Notes under the pieces: model-generated | Databases searched by the model: none | What the model saw: only the letters and a program-made list of their open reading frames with translations | Told to the model about the DNA's origin: nothing | In this document: positions 53,475 through 63,513 of the stretch, one piece after another | Layout: the number at the start of each line of letters is the position of its first letter | How positions within the stretch are numbered: position 1 is the stretch's first letter | Made by a program: the position numbers and the translations under genes | Source: Isoptericola halotolerans | Lineage (GTDB): Bacteria > Actinomycetota > Actinomycetes > Actinomycetales > Cellulomonadaceae | Direction: 5' to 3' | Length of the DNA stretch: 64,000 bases | NCBI RefSeq assembly: GCF_013149785.1 | Contig: NZ_JABEZU010000001.1 | Span: 1,302,001 to 1,366,000, forward strand

Positions 53475-55487
53475 CTACCAGATGCGCACCCGCTGGTCGG
53501 CGGGCAGGTGCAGAGCGTCCGACGGCGCGACGTCGTACGCCTCGTAGTACTCGTCGACGTTGCGCACGACGCCGTTGCACCGGAACTCGTTGGGCGAGTG
53601 CGGGTCGGTGGCGAGCCGCCGCACGACCTCCTCGTCGCGGCCCTTGGCCTGCCAGACCTGTGCCCAGCCGAGGAACACCCGCTGCAGGCCGGTCAGGCCG
53701 TCGATCACCGGAGCGTCGTCGAGGGACCCGCCGAGCGCGATCCGGTAGGCCTTGATCGCGATCGACAGCCCGCCGAGGTCGCCGATGTTCTCGCCGATCG
53801 TCAGCGCACCGTTGACGAACGCGTCGTCACCGGTGAGCTGCGCGGGTCGGTACGCGCCGTACTGCTCGACGAGGGCCTTGGTGCGCTGCTCGAACTCGCC
53901 CCGGTCGTGCTCCGTCCACCAGTCCTCGAGGCGTCCGTCGCCGTCGTACTTCGACCCCTGGTCGTCGAAACCGTGCCCGATCTCGTGACCGATGACCGCT
54001 CCGATGCCGCCGAAGTTCACCGCGTCCTCGGCGTCCGGGTCGAAGAAGGGCGGCTGCAGGATCGCCGCAGGGAAGACGATCTCGTTCATCCCCGGGTTGT
54101 AGTAGGCGTTCACCGTCTGGGGGGTCATGAACCACTCGTCGCGGTCCAGGGGGCGGCCGATCTTCCCGAGCTCGTAGTCCTGCTCGAAGGCGTGCGCACG
54201 CCGCACGTTGCCGACCAGGTCGTCCGCGGTGATCTCGAGCCCGGAGTAGTCGCGCCACCGCACGGGGTAGCCCACCTTCGGAGTGAACTTCCCGAGCTTG
54301 GTCAGGGCGCGCTGCTTGGTCTCGTCGGTCATCCAGTCGAGGCCCTGGATCGACTCGCGGTAGGCGGCGACCAGGAACGAGACGAGCTCGTCCATGCGTT
54401 CCTTGTGGCTCGGCGGGAAGTGGCGGGCCACGTACTCCTGGCCCACCGCCTCGCCGAGCGCCCCCTGCACCACGGTGACGGCACGCTTCCAGCGCTCGCG
54501 CACCTCCTGCGCCCCGGAGAGCGTGCGGCCGTAGAAGTCGAAGTTCGCCTCGACGACGGCGTCGGTCAGGTACGGCGCACGGGCGGTGATCAGGTGGTAG
54601 GCGGCCCACAGCTTCCAGTCGTCGAGGTCGGCCGAGGCCCACAGCCCGGCGAACCCGGTGGCGAACGACGGCTCGCGCACGACCAGGGAGTCCAGCGACC
54701 CGGCCGGTGCGCCCAGCGCCTCGGCCCAGCCCGCCCAGTCGAAGCCCGGCGCCGAGGCGACCAGGTCGGCGAACGTCGTCGGGTTGTAGGTCTCGGTCGC
54801 GTCGCGGTCGCGGACCACGTCCCAGTGGTGCCCGGCGAGCTCGGTCTCCAGCGCGACGACACGCTCTGCCGCGTCCTGCGCCGTCGTGCCCCAGGTGTCC
54901 TGCCCGACGCCGGCGAGAGCCAGCATGCGGGCGACGTGCGGGACGTACCTGGCCCGGATCGGCGCGTACTGGTCCTCGCGGTAGTACGCCTCGTCGGGCA
55001 GGCCGATGCCGGCCTGCGCGAGGTAGGTCACGTACGTCTCGGGGTCCTTCGCGTCGTTGTCGACGTAGAAGGCCACCGCACCACCACCGCCGGTGCGCTG
55101 CAGCGTTCCGAGGACGCGGGCGAGCGACGCCCGGTCGGCGGCGGTGCTGATCGCGTCGAGCTCCGGCTGCACGGGGTCGGTGCCGAGACCTGCGATGCGC
55201 TCGGTGTCCATGAAGCTCGCGTACAGCGCGCCGACCTGAGCCTGCGCGCCCGTCGCCTCCCCGCGCCGGGCGGCGGCCCCGGCGTCGGTGATGATCTCCC
55301 GGACCTGCTCCTCGGCGGCGTCGTGCAGGGCACGGAACGCGCCGTCCATGGACCGGTCCGCCGGGATCTCGTACGAGTCGAGCCAGCGGCCGTTGACATG
55401 GCGGAACAGGTCGTCCTGGGGGCGGACGGCCCCGTCGAGGGCGGATGTGTCGATACCGGACCGCAGCCCGGTCGCGTCGGTCGTCAT
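53475..55487 (-). CDS. M13 family zinc metallopeptidase (PepO/Zmp1-like)
   Basis: PQDDLFRHVNG, VNAYY, GHEIGHGFD, GENIGD and DPHSP. Confidence 0.95.
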   Translation of the reverse strand: MTTDATGLRSGIDTSALDGAVRPQDDLFRHVNGRWLDSYEIPADRSMDGAFRALHDAAEEQVREIITDAGAAARRGEATGAQAQVGALYASFMDTERIAGLGTDPVQPELDAISTAADRASLARVLGTLQRTGGGGAVAFYVDNDAKDPETYVTYLAQAGIGLPDEAYYREDQYAPIRARYVPHVARMLALAGVGQDTWGTTAQDAAERVVALETELAGHHWDVVRDRDATETYNPTTFADLVASAPGFDWAGWAEALGAPAGSLDSLVVREPSFATGFAGLWASADLDDWKLWAAYHLITARAPYLTDAVVEANFDFYGRTLSGAQEVRERWKRAVTVVQGALGEAVGQEYVARHFPPSHKERMDELVSFLVAAYRESIQGLDWMTDETKQRALTKLGKFTPKVGYPVRWRDYSGLEITADDLVGNVRRAHAFEQDYELGKIGRPLDRDEWFMTPQTVNAYYNPGMNEIVFPAAILQPPFFDPDAEDAVNFGGIGAVIGHEIGHGFDDQGSKYDGDGRLEDWWTEHDRGEFEQRTKALVEQYGAYRPAQLTGDDAFVNGALTIGENIGDLGGLSIAIKAYRIALGGSLDDAPVIDGLTGLQRVFLGWAQVWQAKGRDEEVVRRLATDPHSPNEFRCNGVVRNVDEYYEAYDVAPSDALHLPADQRVRIW

Positions 55488-55566
55488 GGCGCCACACTAC
55501 GCACTGGTACGGGTCCCCGGTGAGACGCGGTGACATCACGCTGACCGCGTGGGGGAGAATGTGCCC

Positions 55567-56025
55567 ATGCGTCTGCACATCGCCGCCGATCATGCCGGAT
55601 ACGAGCTCAAGTCCCACCTCGTGGAGCACCTGCGAGCCGCCGGGCACGAGGTCGTCGACCACGGAGCCCACGACTACGACGCGCAGGACGACTACCCGTC
55701 GTTCTGCTTCGCGGCCGGTGAGGCCGTCGTCGCCGAGCCCGGTTCGCTGGGCATCGTCATCGGCGGGTCCGGCAACGGCGAGCAGATCGCCGCGAACAAG
55801 GTGACCGGCGTGCGCGCGGTGCTCGCCTGGTCGCTGGAGACGGCACGGCTCGGACGCCAGCACAACGACGCGAACGTCATCGCCGTGGGTGGGCGCATGC
55901 ACTCCTCGGAGGAGGCCACCGCCCTGGTCGAGGCGTTCGTCGCCGAGCCGTTCTCCGGGGACGCCCGCCACCAGCGCCGCATCGACCAGCTCGCGGCCTA
56001 CGAGGCGTCGCGACCCTCCGCCTGA
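55567..56025 (+). CDS. rpiB: Ribose-5-phosphate isomerase B
   Basis: AADHAG, DDYP, GGSGNGE, RQHNDAN and RHQRRI. Confidence 0.95.
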   Translation: MRLHIAADHAGYELKSHLVEHLRAAGHEVVDHGAHDYDAQDDYPSFCFAAGEAVVAEPGSLGIVIGGSGNGEQIAANKVTGVRAVLAWSLETARLGRQHNDANVIAVGGRMHSSEEATALVEAFVAEPFSGDARHQRRIDQLAAYEASRPSA

Positions 56026-56026
56026 G

Positions 56027-57019
56027 GTGCCCGAGGGGCACACCGTCCACCGGCTCGCCCGGACCCTGACCGAGCTGTTCAGCGGTGAGCGGGTCCGGGT
56101 GAGCAGCCCGCAGGGGCGGTTCGCCGCCGGGGCCGCGGTGCTCGACGGCGCCATGCTGGTGACCGCCGAGGCGTGGGGCAAACAGCTCTTCGTCGGCTTC
56201 ACGGCCGGCGACCCGCTGGGCAGCGAGTCGCGGTGGTTGCGCGTGCACCTGGGCCTGTACGGCGCCTGGACCTTCGCCGGCGACGGCAGCGCCGACGTCG
56301 TGCACGCGATCGGGGCGCCGCGCCGGCGCATCGGAGAGCGCGACTCGTCGCCGCCGGCCTCGGACGGGCCGTCGTCCGGACCCTGGGTGCCGGCCGCCCC
56401 ACGCGGGGCGGTGCGTCTGCGTCTCCTCGCAGCGCACGCGGTCGCCGACCTCACCGGGCCCACCGCCTGCGAGGTGCTCACCCCGCAGGAGAAGGCCGCG
56501 GTCGAGGCCCGGCTCGGCCCCGACCCGATCCGGCCCGACGGCGGACGCCGTTCCCAGGACGCCGCGCGCGACGCCTTCGTGTCGCGGGTGCGGCGCTCGC
56601 GGGTCACCGTCGGCCAGCAGCTCATGGACCAGGCGGTGATCGCGGGCGTCGGCAACATCTACCGCGCCGAAGCCCTCTTCCGCGCCAGGGTGGACCCCCT
56701 GCGCCCGGGGCGCGAGGTGCCCGCCGACGCCCTCGCCGGGACGTGGGACGACCTTGTCGTGCTCATGCGCGACGGCGCCACGACCGGCCGGATCGTCACC
56801 ACCCGGCCGGAGCACCGCGGTGGCGGCGCTCCGACGCACGGCGAAGGTCGCCGTCGGACCCGGCAGAACACCGACGGTGACCCCGCTGCCGTGCCTGCCG
56901 ACGAGGCGTTCTACGTCTACCACCGCGACGGGTCGCCGTGCCGGGTCTGCGGCGCCCCCGTGCTGCTCGAGGGGCTGGCGGGCCGCAACCTGTTCTGGTG
57001 CGGCACCTGCCAGGTCTAG
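56027..57019 (+). CDS. nei: Fpg/Nei family DNA glycosylase (endonuclease VIII-like)
   Basis: N-terminal PEGH, GKQLF, HLGLYG, H2TH motif AGVGNIYRAE and zinc finger CRVC...CGTCQ. Confidence 0.9.
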   Translation: MPEGHTVHRLARTLTELFSGERVRVSSPQGRFAAGAAVLDGAMLVTAEAWGKQLFVGFTAGDPLGSESRWLRVHLGLYGAWTFAGDGSADVVHAIGAPRRRIGERDSSPPASDGPSSGPWVPAAPRGAVRLRLLAAHAVADLTGPTACEVLTPQEKAAVEARLGPDPIRPDGGRRSQDAARDAFVSRVRRSRVTVGQQLMDQAVIAGVGNIYRAEALFRARVDPLRPGREVPADALAGTWDDLVVLMRDGATTGRIVTTRPEHRGGGAPTHGEGRRRTRQNTDGDPAAVPADEAFYVYHRDGSPCRVCGAPVLLEGLAGRNLFWCGTCQV

Positions 57020-58323
57020 AACACCCAGCTGCACACCGGTGCGACCGGCCAGCCGAACGCCGTGGCCGCCACCGCCAGGGAGCCGGAGGTGCGCTCGTCG
57101 ACCAGCCCTGCCGCGCCGAGCCCGGTCAGCGACGTCCCGCCCAGATAGGCGGCACCGAGCTCACGGACGTCCAGCGCGAGGTCGGCCTCCGACGGCGGCA
57201 CGTCGGAGCGTACGCAGGTCGCGTCGCCGAAGGGTGCGGCCCGCAGGTGCCACACGCCGTCGTTCTCGACGACCCGGTCGTCGCGCACCGCGAGGGTCGT
57301 GTCGACGGCGGCCGCGTACTGTCGGCCGGCCAGGGCCACCGGGACGTCGACGAGCCGTACCCAGACGTTGTCGACCCGACGCTGCCCGACGGCGCGTGGA
57401 TCTGCGAGCAGCGACAGCAGCGGGTCGTCGGGGGCCAGGATGAACGGCTTGGTCTCGGTCATCAGGTCGAGGTCGACCAGCACGCCCCACAGCGCCCGTG
57501 CCGCTGCGGCGTCCAGGGCGACCGCCTCCTGGACGCTGACCGTGCCCTCCGGCCCGGTGGGTGCCCAGTCGAGCTTGCGGCGCAGCAGGGCGTATCCGCG
57601 CGGTTCGCCGCCACGTTCCACGACGACGACACGGCGGGACTCCTGCCCGCTGCGGAACGTCGGCGCGTCGTGCCACCAGGCGGCCTGCAGCTCGGGAGAC
57701 TCCCGGGTCGCCCATCCCGGCCGGTTCGTCCCCAGGCCCCCGGGGGACGAACCGGCGGTGCGGTGCACGGCGTCGACCAGAGCCGCGTGGCGCTCGCGGT
57801 CGGCGTGCTCGATCCGCACGGCGTGCGCGGAGGCGCCGGGCACCTCCCGCAGGCGAGCGCCGCGCCGCAGGGTGACCCGGACGTCGTCGGCGGCCTTGCC
57901 GTAGCCGAAGCGGCCGTAGATCGGGTACTCGGCGGCGAAGAGTGCCGAGAGCGGCTCGCCCCGTTCGCGGCACCGAGCCAGGTGCAGGTCGATCATGGCC
58001 GAGGCGATGCCGCGCCGCCGGTGCTGGGGATGCACGCCGACCCAGGTCAGCCCCGCGGTCGGCAGGGTCCCCCCGGGCACGGGGAACCGGGTGAACGGGT
58101 AAGAGGCGTGCATGGCTGCCAGGTCGGAGCCCGGCGTCGCCGCGCCGTCGGGCACGACGCCCACGGTGCGTTCCCACGTCAGCGGTGACGGTCCCCTGTC
58201 GATCTCCTCGGGGTCGACGGAGGTCGGGAAGGCCCAGGAGTCGATCTGGGTGACCGCGCGTCGGTCGTCGGCGGTGAGCTGGCGGAATCGGTAGCCGGGC
58301 GGTGCGGAAGCGTCGATGGTCAC
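57016..58323 (-). CDS. Eis-like GNAT N-acetyltransferase
   Basis: VGVHPQHRRRG, LFAAEYPIYGRFGYG, WVRLVDV and LGAAYLGG. Confidence 0.88.
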   Translation of the reverse strand: MTIDASAPPGYRFRQLTADDRRAVTQIDSWAFPTSVDPEEIDRGPSPLTWERTVGVVPDGAATPGSDLAAMHASYPFTRFPVPGGTLPTAGLTWVGVHPQHRRRGIASAMIDLHLARCRERGEPLSALFAAEYPIYGRFGYGKAADDVRVTLRRGARLREVPGASAHAVRIEHADRERHAALVDAVHRTAGSSPGGLGTNRPGWATRESPELQAAWWHDAPTFRSGQESRRVVVVERGGEPRGYALLRRKLDWAPTGPEGTVSVQEAVALDAAAARALWGVLVDLDLMTETKPFILAPDDPLLSLLADPRAVGQRRVDNVWVRLVDVPVALAGRQYAAAVDTTLAVRDDRVVENDGVWHLRAAPFGDATCVRSDVPPSEADLALDVRELGAAYLGGTSLTGLGAAGLVDERTSGSLAVAATAFGWPVAPVCSWVF

Positions 58324-58398
58324 CCCACGATCCTGCGGCGGACCGGCGGACGGCGCCAGTGAATATCGGTGGTGGGACGCGGATGTCATCATCGGTCC

Positions 58399-58725
58399 AT
58401 GGATCCCGCCGACCTCGACCCTGCCGAGGAGTATCTGGACGAGGTGCTCGCCGTCGTCGAACGGGTTCCCACGGGGCGCGCGACCACCTACGGCCTGGTG
58501 GCCGAGGCGGTCGCCGAGGTCCTCGGCCGGGGCGGGCCGCGCCAGGTCGGTCAGGTCATGGCCCGCGCCGGATCCGGGGTGGCGTGGTGGCGGGTCGTCA
58601 ACGCGGCCGGCTCACCCCCCGCCCGCCACGTGGACCGCGCGCTCGTCGAGCTGCGGGCGGAGGGTTGTCCGTTGACCCGCGACGGGCGCCGGGTCGACCT
58701 GCGCCGCGCCGTCTGGCTGCCCTGA
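58399..58725 (+). CDS. Alkyltransferase-like (ATL/MGMT family) protein
   Basis: TTYG...PRQVG...AWWRVV: Trp replaces the catalytic Cys of PCHR. Confidence 0.85.
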   Translation: MDPADLDPAEEYLDEVLAVVERVPTGRATTYGLVAEAVAEVLGRGGPRQVGQVMARAGSGVAWWRVVNAAGSPPARHVDRALVELRAEGCPLTRDGRRVDLRRAVWLP

Positions 58726-58759
58726 GAGCCCCGGCCCGCAGTCCTCGGTCGTCCCCTCG

Positions 58760-59800
58760 TCAGCCGAGCAGGGCCGCGGCCGAGGCGGCATCTCCTTGGA
58801 CGAGCAGCGTCGTCATGGCAGTGTCCTCCCAGCGGGCGAGGTCGGCGCGGACCTTGGCCGCCGGACCGACGAGCGCGATCTCCTCGACGAGCTCGGTCGG
58901 CACGGCGCGGGCCGCGTCCTCCTTGCGTCCCTCCAGGTAGAGCCGCTGGACCTCGTCGGTCACCTCGGCGTACCCCAGGCGGTCGAGGGAGGCCTTGTGG
59001 AAGTTCGCCTCCTTGGCTCCCATCCCTCCTGCGTAGAGGGCGATGTGCGGGCGCACGACGTCGGCGGCCGACTCGAGGTCGTCGCGCACCACGACAGGCA
59101 CGGTCGCGGCGACCTCGAAGTCTTCCGGGCGGGAGCGCTCGTCGGCGCGTCGCGCGAATCCCTCGGCCAGCAGCTCGCGGTGCTCGGCGTCGGTGCGCGG
59201 TGCGTAGAAGCCGGCCATCCAGCCGTCCGCGATCTCGGCGGCGAGCGCGACGTTCTTCGGGCCCTGGGCGGCCAGGACGATCGGGATCTCCGGCCGCACC
59301 GGGTGCACGGTCGACCGGAGAGCCTTGCCGAGGCCGGTGGCTCCCGGTGCGTCGTCGGGCAGGGGCAGACGGTAGAACTCGCCGTCGAAGGTGACGGGGT
59401 GCTCGCGGGCGATCACCTGGCGCACGATGTCGATGTACTCGCGGGTGCGGGCCAGGGGCTTGCGGTACGGCTGGCCGTACCAGCCCTCGACCACCTGCGG
59501 ACCGGACGCGCCGAGCCCGAGGACGAAGCGACCGCCCGAGAGGTGGTCGAGGGTGAGAGCTTGCATGGCGGTCGCCGTGGGGGTGCGGGCGGACATCTGG
59601 GCGATGCCGGTCCCCAGCCGCAGCGAGCGTGTGTGCGACCCCCACCAGGCGAGCGGGGTGAAGGCGTCCGACCCGTAGGCCTCGGCGGTCCACACCGAGT
59701 CCAGGCCTGCTGCCTCGGCCTGCTGCAGGGCCCCCACGATGCCGGCCGGGGGCCGGCGGGACCAGTAGCCGGTCTGGATGCCGATGCGCAAGGTGGTCAT
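58760..59800 (-). CDS. LLM class (F420-dependent) oxidoreductase
   Basis: WTAEAYGSDA, TLDHLSGGRFVLGLGASGPQVVEGWYG and AEIADGW. Confidence 0.9.
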   Translation of the reverse strand: MTTLRIGIQTGYWSRRPPAGIVGALQQAEAAGLDSVWTAEAYGSDAFTPLAWWGSHTRSLRLGTGIAQMSARTPTATAMQALTLDHLSGGRFVLGLGASGPQVVEGWYGQPYRKPLARTREYIDIVRQVIAREHPVTFDGEFYRLPLPDDAPGATGLGKALRSTVHPVRPEIPIVLAAQGPKNVALAAEIADGWMAGFYAPRTDAEHRELLAEGFARRADERSRPEDFEVAATVPVVVRDDLESAADVVRPHIALYAGGMGAKEANFHKASLDRLGYAEVTDEVQRLYLEGRKEDAARAVPTELVEEIALVGPAAKVRADLARWEDTAMTTLLVQGDAASAAALLG

Positions 59801-59897
59801 GGGGCTCCTCGTCGAGTGTGTCTGAGACGCCGGGTCTCGGGTACCGCCTCACCCTAGCCGACGTGCGCCCGCGGGCGTGGCAGCAGATCCTGGGGCG

Positions 59898-60305
59898 ATG
59901 GCGACCTACGACGACGTGGCACGGCTCGCCCTGGCACTGCCGGGCACGGAGGAGGGGGTCTCGCGCGGGTGGCGCGTGTGGCGCGTGGCGGGACGCCAGT
60001 TCGTGTGGGAGCGACCGTTCAGCAAGGCTGACCTGCGCCGGTTCGGCGACGAGCCGGTGCCCGCCGGGCCGATCCTCGCCGCGGCCGTCGAGGACCTCGG
60101 GGAGAAGCAGGCCGTGCTGGACGCCAGGCCGCAGACGCACTTCACCATCGAGCACCTCGACGGCTACGCGGCAGTGCTGGTGCGCCTCGACGTGGTCGGC
60201 GACGAGCTGCTGGCCGAGACGGTCGAGGACGCGTGGCTCGCCCGCGCCCCGGTGGCGCTGGCGGCCGCCAGGGCGTCCGGAGCCCAGGGGCCGGCCGAGG
60301 GCTAG
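59898..60305 (+). CDS. MmcQ/YjbR family protein
   Basis: MATYDDVARLALALPG...WERP...HLDGYAAVLVRL...DAWLARAP. Confidence 0.8.
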   Translation: MATYDDVARLALALPGTEEGVSRGWRVWRVAGRQFVWERPFSKADLRRFGDEPVPAGPILAAAVEDLGEKQAVLDARPQTHFTIEHLDGYAAVLVRLDVVGDELLAETVEDAWLARAPVALAAARASGAQGPAEG

Positions 60306-61381
60306 GTCGTCCCGCCGAGCCCTCCGACCCGGCGGATCGCCTCGTGCGGGTAGGGCACGGTCCGGCTCTCCCGTCGGAACCGCCGGGAGAACTCGCCCAT
60401 CACGGCGGCGACCGGAGCCTCGCGCAGGAGCAGGGCTCCGACCGACGGAGGAACCCCCTCGGGGGCCGACCCCTGGGCGCACGACCGGACGAACGCACTG
60501 CGTTCGTCCGCTGAATGTCCGAAGAGGGCCACAGCCAGCCAGTTCATCAGGTGCATGGCGGTGTAGGACCGGTCGTAGCCGCGGTGCTCGTCGAGGAAGT
60601 CGGCCTCGTCCCGGGCGAGCTCGAAGCGGGAGCTGATCGCGAGCCCGTAGTCGGCGACGTACAGCCGTTCGCCGTCGGTCAGGATGTTCTCGAAGTGGGC
60701 GTCGAAGTGCTGCATCCCGCGGGTGCTCATGAACTCGATCACGGCTCGCAGCTGGTGGTCCACCATGGCGCAGGCACGCTCGGCGACCTCCCCACCGATC
60801 TCGACCTGGGCGCTGAGCCACTCGTGCAGGTTCTGCGGGACGTACTCCTGGAAGACCAGGATGCTCGCCGTGGACCGCCGCAGGGCCTCGATCCGTCCGC
60901 GAACTGCGGCTGCGCCGCCCCAGTAGGCGACGGCCCGGTCCACGTCGGCCAGCTCCTCGGGCAGAGGGTGGCCGGCGTCGGGCAGCACACGCCAGTGGTA
61001 CGTCAGCGGGAAGCCTTCATGATCGCCGGAGATCACCCAGCCGGTGGTCATGAGATGCACGGCCAGCTCCCGCCAGGCCCCGAACCCCGGGGCGCCGATG
61101 GTGCCGATCCCGTAGTGGCAGAAGGACGGCAGGCCGAACAGGTTCGTGGTGGTGCGGAGGTTCTCGGGCCGTCGCTCGAGGTCGGTCAGGCGCAGGCGCT
61201 TGACGAAGACCGGGACTCCGTCGATCTCCAGCAAGGCGGTCTGCCCGCCGATGCCCGCACCGAGCGGGGGAGCGGCGTCCACGACCTCGCGCAACCGCCG
61301 GTCGCTGCACAGGGCGAGAGCGGCGGACACGGACCCGTGGGCCGCGAGGCGGGCACCGCGGGACGTGTCCGGGCCGGTCAT
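60302..61381 (-). CDS. Protein kinase-like fold protein
   Basis: GAGIGG loop, VFVK, HFDAHFENIL catalytic loop and ADYGLA. Confidence 0.75.
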   Translation of the reverse strand: MTGPDTSRGARLAAHGSVSAALALCSDRRLREVVDAAPPLGAGIGGQTALLEIDGVPVFVKRLRLTDLERRPENLRTTTNLFGLPSFCHYGIGTIGAPGFGAWRELAVHLMTTGWVISGDHEGFPLTYHWRVLPDAGHPLPEELADVDRAVAYWGGAAAVRGRIEALRRSTASILVFQEYVPQNLHEWLSAQVEIGGEVAERACAMVDHQLRAVIEFMSTRGMQHFDAHFENILTDGERLYVADYGLAISSRFELARDEADFLDEHRGYDRSYTAMHLMNWLAVALFGHSADERSAFVRSCAQGSAPEGVPPSVGALLLREAPVAAVMGEFSRRFRRESRTVPYPHEAIRRVGGLGGTT

Positions 61382-61427
61382 CGCAGCTCGCCGGCGCCGT
61401 CGGACGGAGCCCGCAGCACGCCGGGCA

Positions 61428-62033
61428 TCAGATGACGTACTCGATGAGCTGGGAGGGGTCCTCGAAGCTCTGGCCGTTGGTCGGTGGCGGCGTGGCCGGC
61501 TTGCGCAGCCGTGCCGGTACACCGACCGCGACCGCACCGGCCGGCACGTCCCGGGTGACGACGGCGTTCGCACCGACCTTGGCGTCGTGGCCGATCCAGA
61601 GCGGCCCGAGCACCTTGGCCCCGGAGCCGACCATCACCCGGTCGCCGAGCGTGGGGTGCCGCTTGCCCGGGCTCATCGAGCGCCCGCCCAGCGTCACGCC
61701 GTGGAACAGCAGGCAGTCGTCACCGACCTCGGCCGTCGCCCCGATGACGACGCCCATCCCGTGGTCGATGAACAGCCGCCGGCCGATCTTCGCCCCGGGG
61801 TGGATCTCGATACCGGTGAGCAGGCGGGAGACGAGAGAGATCACCCGGGCCAGCAGGCGCAGGACGGGCTGCTGCCACAGGGCGTGCGCGACGCGGTAGT
61901 GCCACACCGCGTGGACGCCCGGGTAGGTCAGGACCACCGCGGCCAGGGACGTCGCGGCCGGGTCCTGGGCGCGCGCGACCTCGGCGTCCTCCCGCAGGAG
62001 GCCGAGGAACGCGCGCGCCGAGGAGCCCGCCAT
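61428..62033 (-). CDS. cysE: Serine O-acetyltransferase
   Basis: [31 protein letters not shown] and KRHPTLGD. Confidence 0.95.
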   Translation of the reverse strand: MAGSSARAFLGLLREDAEVARAQDPAATSLAAVVLTYPGVHAVWHYRVAHALWQQPVLRLLARVISLVSRLLTGIEIHPGAKIGRRLFIDHGMGVVIGATAEVGDDCLLFHGVTLGGRSMSPGKRHPTLGDRVMVGSGAKVLGPLWIGHDAKVGANAVVTRDVPAGAVAVGVPARLRKPATPPPTNGQSFEDPSQLIEYVI

Positions 62034-62968
62034 CAGTCGAGCAGGTCGGAGAACAGGATGGTGGACAGGTAGCGCTCGCCGAAGCTGGGGATGATGACGA
62101 CGATCGTCTTGCCCGCGTTCTCCGGGCGGGCGGCGACCTGTGCCGCGGCGGCGAGGGCCGCCCCGGACGAGATGCCCACGAGCAGGCCCTCCTCCTTGGC
62201 GGCGCGCTTGGCCCACTCGACGGCGGTCTCGGCGTTGATGTCGATGACCTCGTCGTAGATCTCGGTGTCGAGGATCTCCGGGACGAAGTTCGCGCCGATG
62301 CCCTGGATCTTGTGCGGGCCGGGGGCGCCGCCGTTGAGGATCGGGGACTCCTCCGGCTCCACGGCGATGATCTGGACCTCGGGCTTGCGCTCCTTGAGGA
62401 CCTGGCCCACACCGGTGATGGTGCCGCCGGTGCCGATGCCGGCGACGACGATGTCGACCTCGCCGTCGGTGTCGGCCCAGATCTCCTCGGCGGTGGTCTC
62501 GCGGTGGATCTTCGGGTTGGCCTCGTTGGCGAACTGGCGGGCCAGCACCGCGCCCTCGCGCTCGGCGGCGATCTTCTCGGCCGCGGCGACCGCGCCCTTC
62601 ATGCCCTCCGCGCCCGGTGTCAGGACGAGCTCGGCACCGTAGGCGCGCAGCAGCGCCCGGCGCTCCTTGGACATGGTCTCCGGCATGGCGAGCACCACGT
62701 TGTAGCCGCGGGCCGCGCCGACGAACGCGAGCGCGATGCCGGTGTTGCCCGAGGTGCCCTCGACGATGGTCCCGCCCGGCTTGAGGTCACCGGAGGCCTC
62801 GGCGGCGTCGATGATCGAGACGCCGATGCGGTCCTTCACGGAGCTCGCGGGGTTGTAGAACTCGAGCTTGGCGGCGACGGTGGCCGAGGAACCCTCGGTG
62901 AGGCGGTTGATCCGCACCAGCGGGGTGCGGCCGATGAGTTTCGTCGCGTCGTCGTAGATGGTGGCCAT
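62033..62968 (-). CDS. cysK: Cysteine synthase A
   Basis: NPASSVKDR (PLP lysine), TSGNTG, GIGTGGT, HKIQGIG and GERYLST. Confidence 0.97.
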   Translation of the reverse strand: MATIYDDATKLIGRTPLVRINRLTEGSSATVAAKLEFYNPASSVKDRIGVSIIDAAEASGDLKPGGTIVEGTSGNTGIALAFVGAARGYNVVLAMPETMSKERRALLRAYGAELVLTPGAEGMKGAVAAAEKIAAEREGAVLARQFANEANPKIHRETTAEEIWADTDGEVDIVVAGIGTGGTITGVGQVLKERKPEVQIIAVEPEESPILNGGAPGPHKIQGIGANFVPEILDTEIYDEVIDINAETAVEWAKRAAKEEGLLVGISSGAALAAAAQVAARPENAGKTIVVIIPSFGERYLSTILFSDLLD

Positions 62969-63192
62969 GAGTGTCAGTTCCTTCGTGGGTAGCGGTGATG
63001 CAGGGCTGGTGGAGCAGTGATGGTGCTGTCCGGGCCGACGTGTGCAGCGACCGAGCAGGACGCTCGAGCGCGGCGGCCGGCCCGACCGGGCGATCGCGCG
63101 GGCTGTCGTCGAGGTCGCGATGGGCGGTGGGGCGGGAGCGTCGCACGGTCGCCGCGACCCGGCGGGCGCGGGTCAGGCGTGGCGTGGACGCT

Positions 63193-63303
63193 CTACCGAC
63201 AGCGGCAGGCCGACATCGTCGCGGCACGCGCGGACGGGAGCGGCGACGTGCGAGGCTGGGTTCCGACGAGGAGCGGGGCACCGAAGGGGAGCGCGGTGGT
63301 CAT
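63193..63303 (-). CDS. Putative cysteine-sensing leader peptide (36 aa, ends in CRCR)
   Basis: GAGAGGAAGG RBS, then MTTALPFGAPLLVGTQPRTSPLPSARAATMSACRCR-stop, 224 nt upstream of cysK. Too short for the ORF track. Confidence 0.65.
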   Translation of the reverse strand: MTTALPFGAPLLVGTQPRTSPLPSARAATMSACRCR

Positions 63304-63462
63304 CGTGCCTTCCTCTCGGTCCTGCGGCAGCATCTGCTCGCGTCGGCGTTCGTGCAGGGCTGAACAGCCCTGCGGCGTCGAGCCTAACCACCAGCGGACA
63401 GATCGACAAGATCGGTCTCACCGATCGAGAGAATCGATGAGTCGCAGCGGGGGCGCTGCTGC

Positions 63463-63505
63463 ACGGTGAAGGCCCCGACCCGCGATGGGTCGGGGCCTTC
63501 ACCGT
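63463..63505 (-). terminator. Terminator hairpin after the LPMO gene
   Basis: 19-bp perfect stem ACGGTGAAGGCCCCGACCC / GGGTCGGGGCCTTCACCGT. Confidence 0.75.
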
Positions 63506-63513
63506 CGAGCAGG

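Noticed and set aside
56027..58725. nei, eis-like and ATL genes as a dedicated DNA-repair system
   Set aside because: The orientations are mixed and these are common actinobacterial genes; there is no sequence evidence of co-regulation.
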